Source: Kiritimatiellia bacterium (GTDB lineage Bacteria > Verrucomicrobiota > Kiritimatiellia > RFP12 > UBA1067). From it: a DNA stretch of 61,254 nt. Shown here in pieces: positions 23,490-34,204 of this stretch. The first letter of the stretch is position 1. Each line of letters opens with the position of its first letter. Both the position numbers and the translations under genes were made by a program. The notes under the pieces are model-generated. The model saw nothing but the letters and a program-made list of their open reading frames with translations. It ran no database searches and was not told the origin of the DNA. The DNA is taken from NCBI GenBank assembly GCA_045630425.1, contig JAZQTB010000079.1, positions 1 to 61,254 of the forward strand, in the 5' to 3' direction.

Positions 23490-24101
23490 TTATTTTATTT
23501 TACTGTTGCCGGAAAGCGCAAGACGGACAACCGTCTCTACGTCATTTGCGGAAGGATTCGCCTGAATAACCCCTGTAACCATTCTGTTGGACGTCTCTTC
23601 GTTGAATCCGAGCGCCGAAAGAGCAAGAATCGCATCGCGGAGCATCGGAGCTTTTGCGTCGTCCCCGGTTGTACGCGAAGAGGCGGCGAGAGCCTCGATC
23701 GGATTCACTTTGTCTTTCAATTCGACGCAAATCTTCTCGGCGGTCTTTTTCCCGACGCCTTTGATCGCGGAAATGCGTTTCGCGTTGCCGCTTGCGATGG
23801 CCAACGACAATTCGCCGATTGACGTTCCCGAAAGGATCGCGAGCGCGATCCTTGGACCGACTCCGCTGACCTGCGTCAGCTTGAGGAACATCTCGCGTTC
23901 GGCCGCGGTCGCGAAACCGAAAAGCATTTCATCGTCTTCGCGCACACAGTGCCAGGCCAAAAGTTTTACATCTTCGCCTTCGCGCGGAAGTTTGTCCAGC
24001 GTCGAAACAGGAATGAACATTTCATAACCGACGCCGGCCGCCTCGATAACGACGCGGTCTGGCGATTTTTCAACCAAGGAGCCTCTGATATAAGCGATCA
24101 C
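23490..24101 (-). CDS. ruvA: Holliday junction branch migration complex subunit RuvA
   Basis: MIAYIRGSLVEKSPDRVVIEAAGVGYEMFIP..LFGF..EREMFLKLTQVSGVGPRIALAILS..LTAIKGVGKKTAEKI. Confidence 0.9.
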   Translation of the reverse strand: MIAYIRGSLVEKSPDRVVIEAAGVGYEMFIPVSTLDKLPREGEDVKLLAWHCVREDDEMLFGFATAAEREMFLKLTQVSGVGPRIALAILSGTSIGELSLAIASGNAKRISAIKGVGKKTAEKICVELKDKVNPIEALAASSRTTGDDAKAPMLRDAILALSALGFNEETSNRMVTGVIQANPSANDVETVVRLALSGNSKIK

Positions 24102-24119
24102 GGAAAGTAGAATTAAAAA

Positions 24120-25237
<1,118 letters not shown>

Positions 25238-25241
<4 letters not shown>

Positions 25242-26209
25242 TTTGTTTCGGTTTCTTTAGTTGTGAATTTCCAATCTGGATACATCGTCTTCAGTTGGGT
25301 TTTATAAAATTGGGCGTCGACCACGCGATCTTCCTTAAGCGCTTTGAGATAAAGTTTTTCGAGGCGCAAGACCGTATTGGAGCGCATTTGAGCGAGAGCG
25401 GCGTTGTCCGTTTCCGAGAGAATGCGCCTTGAACGGTGAAGCGCGCGGGAGGCGCGGGGAATCTCGGGGTCGTTTTCGGGAAGCCTGGTCTCTTTGACTG
25501 TTTTCGCGTCCTCTTCGGATCCGACGGGTTCGAGATCGCGAACGGACTTCTCGGGTCGAAGCGCCCTCTCGCGTTCATCGAGTTCCATCTTGTATTCCGC
25601 CAGCTCGTGCTCTATGCGCTCAATATCCATCAAACGGAATTCATAGACCTTTTTCTCCGCGATGATCTTCTCGGACGCGAGTTTCTCCTTCTCCAACTGA
25701 TCGGCGGCAGCCTGAGCTCTTTGAGCCTCCGCCTCGGCGAGAACCTTGGCTTTTTCGCGCTCGATTCTGGCGGTCTCGGCCTTGTGTTTTTCAGCGGCGC
25801 GGATGTCGGAGGCTTTCTTGGCCTCGGCTTCGGCGCGGGCGCGCTCTTCAGAGGCTTTCTTGGCCTCGGCTTCGGCCTGCTTTCTGTTCTCTTCAGCGGT
25901 TATCGCGTCGTTTTTGGATTTGGCAAGCTGAAGTTCAGCGGTCTTACGCTCGTCTTCGGCTCTGCGCTCCTCCGCCTTCGCCGCATCGGCCTTCGCCGAT
26001 TCCGTCCGTTCGTTGCTCTTTGCGATTTTCACTTCGCTCTCTAACGCCGCCGCCTCATTCTCGGCCTTCGCCGCATTGGCGTTGGCGATCGCGGTTTTTG
26101 AATTTGTGTGAATAACACCGAAGACACACGCGGCGATAACCGCGAGCGCAGAAAGAATAACACTTAATGTCTTTATGTTCACTTTATATTCTCCTAAAAC
26201 TCTTCCCAA
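25238..26209 (-). CDS. membrane-anchored coiled-coil protein (A/E/K-rich)
   Basis: TM helix LSVILSALAVIAACVFGVI, then a ~170-aa A/E/K-rich region including the repeat AEAEAKKAS[ED] (DNA ggctttcttggcctcggcttcggc x2 near 25810-25880). The likely true start is GTG 26182, preceded by aggag. Confidence 0.7.
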
Positions 26210-26232
26210 GTAATCGTCATTGTTGGCATTTA

Positions 26233-29019
26233 TTACTTTTTAGTAGTCTCGGGTGTTGAGTTTAAATCGTCTAAAAGCGCAGCGCCGTTAGAAGCCTCAG
26301 ATTCCTGGGCGGCTTTCTTTTCGTCCGCTTCGGCTTTCTTGATATCCTCTTCAGCCTTCTTGACGCCCCTTGTGCGGATCGAATCGGCAAGAACCTTCAA
26401 ATCGGCCTGCTCCGCAGCCTGACGGTCGAAAGCCTTTCGCTCCTCTTCGCTCAGCTCTTCGCGGTGCTGCTCAAGCCAGAACTTGCGCTCAGCCTCCGAC
26501 ATCTTCTCAAGTGCTTTCGCTCGATCCATTTTCCACTTCTCGACGGCAAGGCGATTCTGACGCTCTTCATCCTGCCTTTCAGCCTCTTCCTTCAGGCGGC
26601 GCAGAAGTTCCTTCTTCGAAACTGGATCCGCAAGCTCGGAATCGGACCAACCAAGGCTCTCCCAGGCACGTGAATCGCTGAGCGAGCGCTTACGGCGCAA
26701 GGCCTCAGCCTGAGCGGATTCAGCGTCGTCGAGAACATAAGGAGTCATGAATACGAGAAGCTCCTTACGAGATTCAGATTGGCTTACACTACCAAACAGC
26801 CACTTACCAACCCAAGGAATATCCTTTAGAATCGGAATACCGGTTTCTTTCTCAGAAGTGTACCTCTCGGTAAGTCCGCCAAGAACGACGGTCTGCCTAT
26901 CGTCAAGGAGAACATCGGCCGTCATCTTACGCGTAAGCGAGGTGTCGATATTTGCAGTTCCTCCGTCATCGACAAGAATGGCCTGACCGGCACCGAGCTG
27001 CGAATACTCCTCTTCAACATTCAACATAACGGTTCCGTTGGGATTGATTTTCGGCTTAACCTTAATCTTGATACCGATATCCTTGGAATCATACTTAGGA
27101 GTCCGGACGTACGTTGAATATGACGAGGATGTTTCATAACCGTTGAAGAACTTTCTCGCTTCGGTCGCGTCGATCGTGGCTTCCTTATTATCGACCGTCA
27201 TGATAATCGGCGAGGCGAGATACTTAGCGCGGCTATCGGACTTGGAAGCCTGAATAACGGCTGCAAGATTAAGCTTATCGGACTTCAAAAGATAATTTAC
27301 CCCGCTACCAATCGGAGTAGCACCGCCGAAATACGCGTTTTGAACCGCATTTGATGCTACCTGCATCATATTCTTGAGAGCTGCACTCCCTGTTCCTCCG
27401 CCGCCTCCAAATCCGGAACTCCCGTTATTGACAAAAGTATCACGAACAGTTTCCCCGTTAGGCCCTTTCTGCTTGCCGCGCAAAACCCAATCTATACCGG
27501 TGGCGAGATCATCGCCGAGAGTAACTTCGATAATCGCCGTCTCGATCAACACCTGGCTGAGCTTGATGTCCATGGACTCGATAATCTTTTCAACCGTGGG
27601 AACGAGTTCCTTCTGGGTCATAACGACAAGACCGTTGATGCGCTTATCGGCGAGAACGACCGTATTGTCTTTGGTGAGTTCACCGGCCTTCGCGTCGCCG
27701 GAGCGCTGATTGGCGGCGGTGCGTTGAGTTGCCGTATTACGGTTCGCAGTAGATGTGCTGCGCGTCAGATTGCCGCTTGTGCCGCTGCGCGCCGCCTGAT
27801 TCTGGTTACCCTTGCCGGAGCTGGAGGACGCGTTGCCGATAAGCTCGTTGATCATATCGCTTACGTCTTCAGCCTCGGCGTACTTAAGACGATAGACTTT
27901 AACCTGAGTATCGGGCGTCGTCTCGACGTCGAGCTCCTTGATGACTTTATCGAAGAAGTCCATATTCGTCTTCGCCGTCACGACGATAAGCTTATTGGAG
28001 CGCTCGTCGGACATAATGAGAACCTTGCCGCGTATAAGCCCCCTATCGGCGTCGGAAACGCTCGTCGTCTTCGACTCGACATTGACGGGCTGGGCGGGCT
28101 GGTTCGCGTTGGGCTGACCGGGACGGCGCAGCAGATTCCCGCCCGGCTGCATGCGGTTGAAGTTGGAAGAATAACCCGGATAGCGGTTGTACATATTGTT
28201 GCCGTGGGCGTTCCTGGCCGCAAGGCCCTGATTCTCCAAAGCCTTCTGGGATTCCTGAACGATCTGTTCAAGCGCCGTTTTTATGTCTGCGGCGGCCGCA
28301 TTCACTATCTGACGGACAAACACGTTCTCGTCGACCGGTGTTCCGACATCTATCTGCCGCGCCACTTCGCGCATACGGTTTATGTTCATGCGGGTGTCGG
28401 TAACGAGAATCTTGGCTATGCGTTCGTAGACGAGCAGTAGTCCCTTCGGCGATTTAAGGCCCTCCAAAGCCGTTTTCGCCTCCTCGATGGGCATATTCTT
28501 GAAGGCGATGAACATCGAAACAACCTTGTTGTCGTCGGGAAGTTGCGCCTCCTCGTCGAGAATGAGCGGAATACCCTCCTGACGGACTTTATCGCGCGGA
28601 AGCGCTCGGACGAACTTCTCGCCGTACATCTCCATGTGAACGCCGTTCATTTCGAGCGCTTCTTCGATCACGAATATCTGCTCCTCTTTGGTTAGCTTCT
28701 GACCGGGAGCCGACTGGATGGTAATGGAAACCGACTGAACGGCGGGATCTTTAAGAACAGTTCTCCCGACGAGTTGTGAGTACGCCTCAAAGACGATTTC
28801 GAGAGCGGCGTCTTTGAAATTGATGTCGGAAGCCTTCTCTTCGGACTGCCCTTTAAGCGCCGCGATCTCGGCCGTTCCGCCCGCCGCCGCGCCGGCTGGC
28901 TGGGGAATGGCGGCCGTATCGCGGCGGTGCCTGCCGCGAAGAGCCGAAAACTGGGCGAAGACCGCGCCGGCGGCAAGCGCCGTAACGATCATAACGTAAA
29001 ATGCACGGTTCTTGATCAT
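26233..29019 (-). CDS. secretin (GspD/PilQ family) with long charged C-terminal tail
   Basis: Signal peptide. N0/N1-like repeats (VKVYRLKYAEAEDV..; VLADKRINGLVV). Secretin domain (QVLIETAIIEVTL..ASPIIMTVDNKEATI..VLLDDRQTVVLGGL..GIPILKDIPWVGKWLFG..ELLVFMTPYVL). An additional ~170-aa E/K/R-rich tail. Confidence 0.85.
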   Translation of the reverse strand: MIKNRAFYVMIVTALAAGAVFAQFSALRGRHRRDTAAIPQPAGAAAGGTAEIAALKGQSEEKASDINFKDAALEIVFEAYSQLVGRTVLKDPAVQSVSITIQSAPGQKLTKEEQIFVIEEALEMNGVHMEMYGEKFVRALPRDKVRQEGIPLILDEEAQLPDDNKVVSMFIAFKNMPIEEAKTALEGLKSPKGLLLVYERIAKILVTDTRMNINRMREVARQIDVGTPVDENVFVRQIVNAAAADIKTALEQIVQESQKALENQGLAARNAHGNNMYNRYPGYSSNFNRMQPGGNLLRRPGQPNANQPAQPVNVESKTTSVSDADRGLIRGKVLIMSDERSNKLIVVTAKTNMDFFDKVIKELDVETTPDTQVKVYRLKYAEAEDVSDMINELIGNASSSSGKGNQNQAARSGTSGNLTRSTSTANRNTATQRTAANQRSGDAKAGELTKDNTVVLADKRINGLVVMTQKELVPTVEKIIESMDIKLSQVLIETAIIEVTLGDDLATGIDWVLRGKQKGPNGETVRDTFVNNGSSGFGGGGGTGSAALKNMMQVASNAVQNAYFGGATPIGSGVNYLLKSDKLNLAAVIQASKSDSRAKYLASPIIMTVDNKEATIDATEARKFFNGYETSSSYSTYVRTPKYDSKDIGIKIKVKPKINPNGTVMLNVEEEYSQLGAGQAILVDDGGTANIDTSLTRKMTADVLLDDRQTVVLGGLTERYTSEKETGIPILKDIPWVGKWLFGSVSQSESRKELLVFMTPYVLDDAESAQAEALRRKRSLSDSRAWESLGWSDSELADPVSKKELLRRLKEEAERQDEERQNRLAVEKWKMDRAKALEKMSEAERKFWLEQHREELSEEERKAFDRQAAEQADLKVLADSIRTRGVKKAEEDIKKAEADEKKAAQESEASNGAALLDDLNSTPETTKK

Positions 29020-29035
29020 AAACAGATTACACCTT

Positions 29036-29578
29036 TCAATCCTTTGCGCGTTTATAAATACAGATTAAAGTCATGCTACCGCTCATAAACCCCTGGTCGC
29101 GGGTCTGCGAAAAATTCAGAGACTGCACATCGAACTTACCCTGTTCGCTGTTCTGAAGCTCATACAGGAACTTTACGAGAGACTCCACCGCGCCTTTCCA
29201 TTTTATATCGACGGAAATCTTCTGCATTTCCCCGCTCCACTCCTCGACGTCCTCTTTGCCCGGTTTGAATTCGGAGATTGTCACATAATTGGATTTCGCG
29301 ATATCCTCGATCGTTCTCATCCATACGGTGTCGGCTCCCTGCTCGACGTCGAGAACGGGTATGGACGAAGCCTCCTGTTCATAAAGGTCGTTCCAGTATG
29401 AGCGTTCGGAAATCGTCTTCTGTTCACGCAAAACCCGCTCTCTGGCGGAGTTGAACTTTTTCTTTTCGGTCGAGCGGTCGTCAGCCTGGAGGAACCACCA
29501 GGCAATCGTGAAAATATACAGAAGGAGAATCCCGGAAACCGCAAGAACGGCTTTTTCCTTTAGAGACATGGCGGCCAT
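29036..29578 (-). CDS. PilO/GspM-like assembly-platform protein
   Basis: The start is taken at ATG 29578, which shares one nt with the upstream stop. One TM helix (AVLAVSGILLLYIFTIAWWF), a coiled segment, then an alpha/beta periplasmic domain. It lies between a PilMN-like gene and the secretin gene. Confidence 0.55.
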   Translation of the reverse strand: MAAMSLKEKAVLAVSGILLLYIFTIAWWFLQADDRSTEKKKFNSARERVLREQKTISERSYWNDLYEQEASSIPVLDVEQGADTVWMRTIEDIAKSNYVTISEFKPGKEDVEEWSGEMQKISVDIKWKGAVESLVKFLYELQNSEQGKFDVQSLNFSQTRDQGFMSGSMTLICIYKRAKD

Positions 29579-30837
29579 CAGTCGTCCTCCTCGGGCTGTT
29601 TGAAGTCGCATTCGATGTCGAACGAGGCTTTGGCGCCTCTCGTCGCGACGCCGTGAGGCAGCTCGACACGGGTAAAATAATTTATCTCGGCATCCGTTTC
29701 AAGACCGCTTATCTGAGAGAGTTTTACGGACGAGAGCTTATCCTTGAAATCATAGACGCGCTGATGATTGCCAGCCTCGGACGTTCCCGTAAAGGTCAAG
29801 ACGTCGCCGCGCTTGAAATTCCAACGCGAGAGCACAAGACCGTCGGGCATCGCCGAAGCCACGACACGCAAGGTCTCCAGCGCGCCGAGATCGTGATTAG
29901 AGACGTTTTGGACGGCCTTTACCTGTTCCATCTTCTTCTGGACGTCGCGGAATCTTTTATTGTTCCGCCTGATGATCTCGTTCTGATCCGCGGTCTTTGC
30001 GGCGTAATATTTCGGTACGCCGATTATTACGGCGAGCATCGCGACCCAAACCGCAAGAGCGGCGGCGACGATCTTTTTGAATTTCGATTTGAAACGGGAT
30101 TCCTCCAGGACGTCGCGCCACGACTCGGGCAGAGCGTTCAGCGACGACGGATCCGCGGCGCGTTCGGCTATGCCGGCAAGCGGATTGAGGGACGAAGCGT
30201 CGATCGTCCTCGCCGGAGCGAGTTCGATCCCGGAACAGTCAAGGCCGTCGCCGAGAACGATAATTTCGCGCAGTTCGGCAGGACCGGCGAAAGAATCGGC
30301 TTCGACGAGCGAAAGCATGATCTCGCGCTTCAGATCGGAGCCGTTGGATACGGCGCGAACGACCGCCGGGCAGTCGCCGTCGAGGACAAAAAGCGAAACG
30401 CACGAGTTGCCCGCGATCAGAACGACTCTTCGCGACGTATCCGACGCTATGCCGAGGCGAGACCATGCGACGCGTAAAACGCCCAGCGCCAGCGAATCGA
30501 CGCGCGTTACGTTGAGTCCGGCCTGGTCGAGAGTCTCGGCGATATCATCGGTCGATCCCTCCGGCAGCGCAGCGGCGAGAACGACGGGACCGTCCTCGGT
30601 TTCACGCACGGTCTCGTAGGATACCTTTATGGATTCATCGGGATAAGGGGATATTTTTTTGAAGATATCGGTCAGAAATCCGCAAATATCCTCCCGTACG
30701 GCTTCCGGCACCTTGACGACTTTTACGAGCAGACGGTCCAACGGCAGCGCGAGAACAGCCTCGTCGCAATTGCCGCCCTTTACCGGGACGCTCAATTCTC
30801 CGTTTTCATAAACGGCTATTTTAACTTCGTCAGCCAT
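29578..30837 (-). CDS. PilM-PilN fusion / GspL-like assembly-platform protein
   Basis: About 245-aa cytoplasmic domain, a TM helix (IVAAALAVWVAMLAVIIGV), then a PilN-like periplasmic domain with a coiled coil (NEIIRRNNKRFRDVQKKMEQVKAVQ). Confidence 0.6.
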   Translation of the reverse strand: MADEVKIAVYENGELSVPVKGGNCDEAVLALPLDRLLVKVVKVPEAVREDICGFLTDIFKKISPYPDESIKVSYETVRETEDGPVVLAAALPEGSTDDIAETLDQAGLNVTRVDSLALGVLRVAWSRLGIASDTSRRVVLIAGNSCVSLFVLDGDCPAVVRAVSNGSDLKREIMLSLVEADSFAGPAELREIIVLGDGLDCSGIELAPARTIDASSLNPLAGIAERAADPSSLNALPESWRDVLEESRFKSKFKKIVAAALAVWVAMLAVIIGVPKYYAAKTADQNEIIRRNNKRFRDVQKKMEQVKAVQNVSNHDLGALETLRVVASAMPDGLVLSRWNFKRGDVLTFTGTSEAGNHQRVYDFKDKLSSVKLSQISGLETDAEINYFTRVELPHGVATRGAKASFDIECDFKQPEEDD

Positions 30838-30873
30838 TAAAGGTCTTACCCCTCCATCTTTTTACGATGCACC

Positions 30874-30882
30874 ATTATACCA
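30874..30882 (-). promoter_or_regulatory. extended -10 (TGGTATAAT) upstream of the pilus/secretin operon
   Basis: The reverse complement of attatacca is TGGTATAAT, about 37 nt upstream of ATG 30837. RBS ggagggg follows. Confidence 0.4.
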
Positions 30883-30910
30883 AATTTTCCATAGTATGCC
30901 CACCGCGGAA

Positions 30911-33004
30911 TCAAAAGAGCCTAAGTTGGCCCCGGGCCTGACAGACAAGCATCGAGTACCCGTTGGAAACCTTGCATCCCGCGGCAGAGGCGCGTTTCAT
31001 GAGAGGTGTCTCAGGTGGCTCGTAACGCAGATCGTAGAGCGATTCGCGTCCGGTGAACTCATACTCTTCGATCGGATCGACGGGAGTGGCGTTTACGATG
31101 AGATCGAACTGCCCGTCGAGTCCTCGGCGGTGAAAAACCTCGACCTCCGCGCCGAGACGCTCCAAAGCCGCATGAACCGCTTTCGCCGCGCCTCCCGCGC
31201 CGAGCAGGGCGACCTTGACGCCATTAAGATCGTCGCGGCCCGTAAATCCGAGAATGGCCTCCGCGAAACCAGGTTCGTCGGTGTTGTAGCCGAATTTAAG
31301 GCCGTCTTTGAATACGACCGTATTCACCGCACCGATCTTCCGGGCCGTCTCGTCGATACGGTCGAGATGCTTCATCACGGATTCCTTGTGCGGAATCGTA
31401 ACGGCCATCCCCTTCACGCCGCATCGCTCCGCGAACAGCAATGCCTCTTCGACCGTCCGCGCGGGATACGGAATCATCTCGGCCTTCCGTCCGGCTTTGG
31501 CGTGCGCGGCGTTATGGATCAGGGGACTCGACGTCTTCCGGAGCGGCCAGCCCGTCACCGCATAAAGATCCATTTTAAGCTCGTCCCAGAATCCGGGATA
31601 CGATTTGGAAACGCATCCGCTCGAATGGATGAGAACCGGAGAGTCGAGGGTCGTCGCGTAAACGGCGGCGGCCATCGCGATCCGGTGATCGTTCTTCGGG
31701 TCGACGTCGTACGGATCGGCGAAAACGTCCTCCATCGCCGCGAGCCGGTCGGACTCTTTTATTTTAAGCCTTTCCGTTCCCGTAAAAACGGCGTTCGAGC
31801 CGAGCGCCCTGTTGACGACCGCAAGCGCGGGATAGTTGTCAGGACATCCTGAAACGTCGACGGTTCCGCCGCGCTTCACCTTTTCGATGAAATCGGCTAT
31901 CACGGCGTCCGGCTGACGGGACGACGCGTCAAGGCCTTCGATTCTGATCTCGCTGCCGAGAGCGTTCGCGGCGAACCAGAAGGCGGCGCCGCTCCAGTCG
32001 GCTTCGGGCTCGACGGGTCCGGGCGAAACGTATTTCTGTCCGCCGCGCACGAAAAAGCCCGAATTCGTCTCCTTGACGCGTATCCCGTAGCGTTCCAGAA
32101 CCTGAAGCGTCATATCGACGTAACCCCTCGACTGTAGAGGCGTCGCGAAACGTATCTCGGAGTCGTCCTTCAGAATCGGAAGCGCGAAAAGAAGCCCCGT
32201 GACGAACTGCGACGAAACGTCGCCGCGCAGTTCGTGCACGCCGCCTTTCAAACCGTCGTATTCCATCATAGGACGGTCCGCGAGACGTCCGCGGCGGACG
32301 AAACGCGCCTTGACTCCGAGCGCGGCGGCGACCGGAGCGAAAAACCTGAGCGTCGAGCCGCTCTCGCCGCAATCGAGCACCGCGCTCCCGGATCCCGCCT
32401 TCAGCGCCTGCGAAAGCGCGGAAATGCAGCGTCGGGTCGCTTCGATGTCGGCGCACTCGCCGGCATCGGGAGCCGTGGATTCTCCGCCCGCGAGAAATTC
32501 CGCGATGAGAAGTCTGTGAAGATGGGACTTCGAGACGGGAGGCTTTACCGTTCCGCGCAATTTACGGGGCAGAAGAATTTTCGTATCGCTTTTGACATGG
32601 TGAGCGAACGACGCGTAATGAGCTCTTCTTTCGGCGGATTTATCGCCCAACGGACGGGAATCGCCTCCGGCGGCTATCCGTTCGGCTATAATGCCGTCGT
32701 CGACGTCGAGCACCGCGACGAACCCGTTCTCTTCGGCGAACGCCCTGTTGGATGGATCCAAAAGCGTACCGCCCCCCAAAGCCACGATCGGACTGTCCAG
32801 CTCGCGCAGAACCTCGCTTTCGATGCGGCGGAACCCGGCCTCGCCCTCGGATCTGAAAATCTCCGGAATGTCCGAACCTGTCCGGCGGACGATCTCCTCG
32901 TCGAGATCGGCATACATTCTGCCGAATTCCTTCGCGAGATTTCTGGCGAGAGTCGACTTGCCGCTCGCCGGCGGCCCGTATAGATAAAGAGTTTTCACAG
33001 CCAT
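30911..33004 (-). CDS. trifunctional fusion: shikimate kinase - EPSP synthase - shikimate dehydrogenase
   Basis: AroK part: LYGPPASGKSTLA..DLDEEIVRRTG..IFRSEGEAGFRRIE..GGG. AroA part: PPVSKSHLHRLLI..GESGSTLRFF..DRPM..GDVSSQFVTGLLFA..ESDRLAAM..NDHRIAMAAAV..SKSYPGFW. AroE part: SSPLIHNAA..VTIPHK..IGAVNTV..GYNTD..LLGAGGAAKA. The start is taken at ATG 33004 (MAVKTLY). The listed start at 33097 would overlap miaA. Confidence 0.85.
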   Translation of the reverse strand: MAVKTLYLYGPPASGKSTLARNLAKEFGRMYADLDEEIVRRTGSDIPEIFRSEGEAGFRRIESEVLRELDSPIVALGGGTLLDPSNRAFAEENGFVAVLDVDDGIIAERIAAGGDSRPLGDKSAERRAHYASFAHHVKSDTKILLPRKLRGTVKPPVSKSHLHRLLIAEFLAGGESTAPDAGECADIEATRRCISALSQALKAGSGSAVLDCGESGSTLRFFAPVAAALGVKARFVRRGRLADRPMMEYDGLKGGVHELRGDVSSQFVTGLLFALPILKDDSEIRFATPLQSRGYVDMTLQVLERYGIRVKETNSGFFVRGGQKYVSPGPVEPEADWSGAAFWFAANALGSEIRIEGLDASSRQPDAVIADFIEKVKRGGTVDVSGCPDNYPALAVVNRALGSNAVFTGTERLKIKESDRLAAMEDVFADPYDVDPKNDHRIAMAAAVYATTLDSPVLIHSSGCVSKSYPGFWDELKMDLYAVTGWPLRKTSSPLIHNAAHAKAGRKAEMIPYPARTVEEALLFAERCGVKGMAVTIPHKESVMKHLDRIDETARKIGAVNTVVFKDGLKFGYNTDEPGFAEAILGFTGRDDLNGVKVALLGAGGAAKAVHAALERLGAEVEVFHRRGLDGQFDLIVNATPVDPIEEYEFTGRESLYDLRYEPPETPLMKRASAAGCKVSNGYSMLVCQARGQLRLF

Positions 33005-33017
33005 GAAAAATTGATTG

Positions 33018-33710
33018 TCAAACCGCCTTGAAACGGACTCGCCACGGGCCCTTCTCGCGCCAGCACCGGCGGACGGCGTCGACGGTCGGTTCGACATAGA
33101 GGGGCGTCGCCTGGTGGCGGAACCACGTGTCCTGACGCTTGGCGAGCTGACAGGTCCTGATCAGAATTCTGTCGCGGTCGTCGCCTTCACGATAGCCTAT
33201 CGCGAGCGCGGCCGTTCTCGACCAGACGGGATAGCGCTCGTGAAGAGCGATTTTCTCGCGCTCGAGCCCGGCCATAAACATATCGTCGAGCCTTTCCGCG
33301 ATGCGCCTGCGGACGACGGCACGGTCTATTTTGATTACCGGATATTCAGGAGGAGGATTCTTCCATTCGCCGTCGAGTCCGCGAAGAAGCGCGGAAAAAT
33401 ACAGGCCGGTACCGCCGACGATGATCACGGGAACGTCTCCGGGGACCGTCTTTGCCCACTCGGCGGCGGCTCTCAGCCATGCGCCAGACGAAAATTCCTC
33501 GGCGGGAGTAACGATATCGACGCCGCCCATTCTGAACTCCTCTATTTCAGAGCGGGGCGGCTTGGCCGTGCCGATGTTCATCCCCCTGTAGACGAGCATG
33601 GAATCTGCGCTTAAGATCCTCGCTCCCATCTCGCGGGCAAGTTCGGCGGCTATCGCGCTTTTTCCACTCGCCGTCGGCCCCGCCAGAATATAGGCATCGC
33701 GCTCGATCAT
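33018..33710 (-). CDS. miaA: tRNA dimethylallyltransferase, short form
   Basis: The start is taken at ATG 33710 (ATGA overlap with the lspA stop). ILAGPTASGKSAIA, SADSMLVYRGMNIGTAKP, VIIVGGTGLYFSALLRGL and RIAERLDDMFMAGLERE motifs. It is 230 aa, against roughly 300 aa for typical MiaA. Confidence 0.85.
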   Translation of the reverse strand: MIERDAYILAGPTASGKSAIAAELAREMGARILSADSMLVYRGMNIGTAKPPRSEIEEFRMGGVDIVTPAEEFSSGAWLRAAAEWAKTVPGDVPVIIVGGTGLYFSALLRGLDGEWKNPPPEYPVIKIDRAVVRRRIAERLDDMFMAGLEREKIALHERYPVWSRTAALAIGYREGDDRDRILIRTCQLAKRQDTWFRHQATPLYVEPTVDAVRRCWREKGPWRVRFKAV

Positions 33711-34204
33711 CTGTTCGCGTTTTTCGGAGCGATCAAAGAAAGGATGATAAGAATCGCGGCGGCGAGCGTAATCAGAATATCGGCGACGTTGAAGCACGGG
33801 AAATGATAAACCTCGCGCCAATGGATGTCTATAAAATCGACGACATACCCCCGGAACAGCCGGTCGACGAGATTGCCCGCGATGCCCGCATAGAGAAACG
33901 TCTCCGCGACCGAACTCGTCCTGACGAGCCAGGACGGACCGCTCGTAAAGAAAAAGTCCCTGCGCCGCCAGACAAGAAGCGCCATGATAATAAGAGCGAA
34001 GAACGCCAGCGGCCAGACCTGCCCCTGGAACATCCCCCACGCACACCCACGGTTCTCGACATACGACAGGTTCAGAAAACCGGAGATGACGGGTATCGAG
34101 CCTTCGCCGTTCCTGTAGAGATAGTGTATTGCCAGTTCTTTGGTCACCGCATCGGCAAGAAGCAGATGCAGCGCCGCGACGATCACCTTTAAAGCGTACT
34201 TCAT
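33707..34204 (-). CDS. lspA: lipoprotein signal peptidase II
   Basis: YVENRGCAWGMF, AGNLVDRL, VVDFIDI and FPCFNVADI motifs, with 4 TM segments. Confidence 0.9.
   Translation of the reverse strand: MKYALKVIVAALHLLLADAVTKELAIHYLYRNGEGSIPVISGFLNLSYVENRGCAWGMFQGQVWPLAFFALIIMALLVWRRRDFFFTSGPSWLVRTSSVAETFLYAGIAGNLVDRLFRGYVVDFIDIHWREVYHFPCFNVADILITLAAAILIILSLIAPKNANR

Noticed and set aside
33711-34046. Upstream extension of the miaA ORF (listed 33018..34046)
   Set aside because: It overlaps lspA out of frame. The MiaA P-loop starts right after ATG 33710, which forms an ATGA overlap with the lspA stop.
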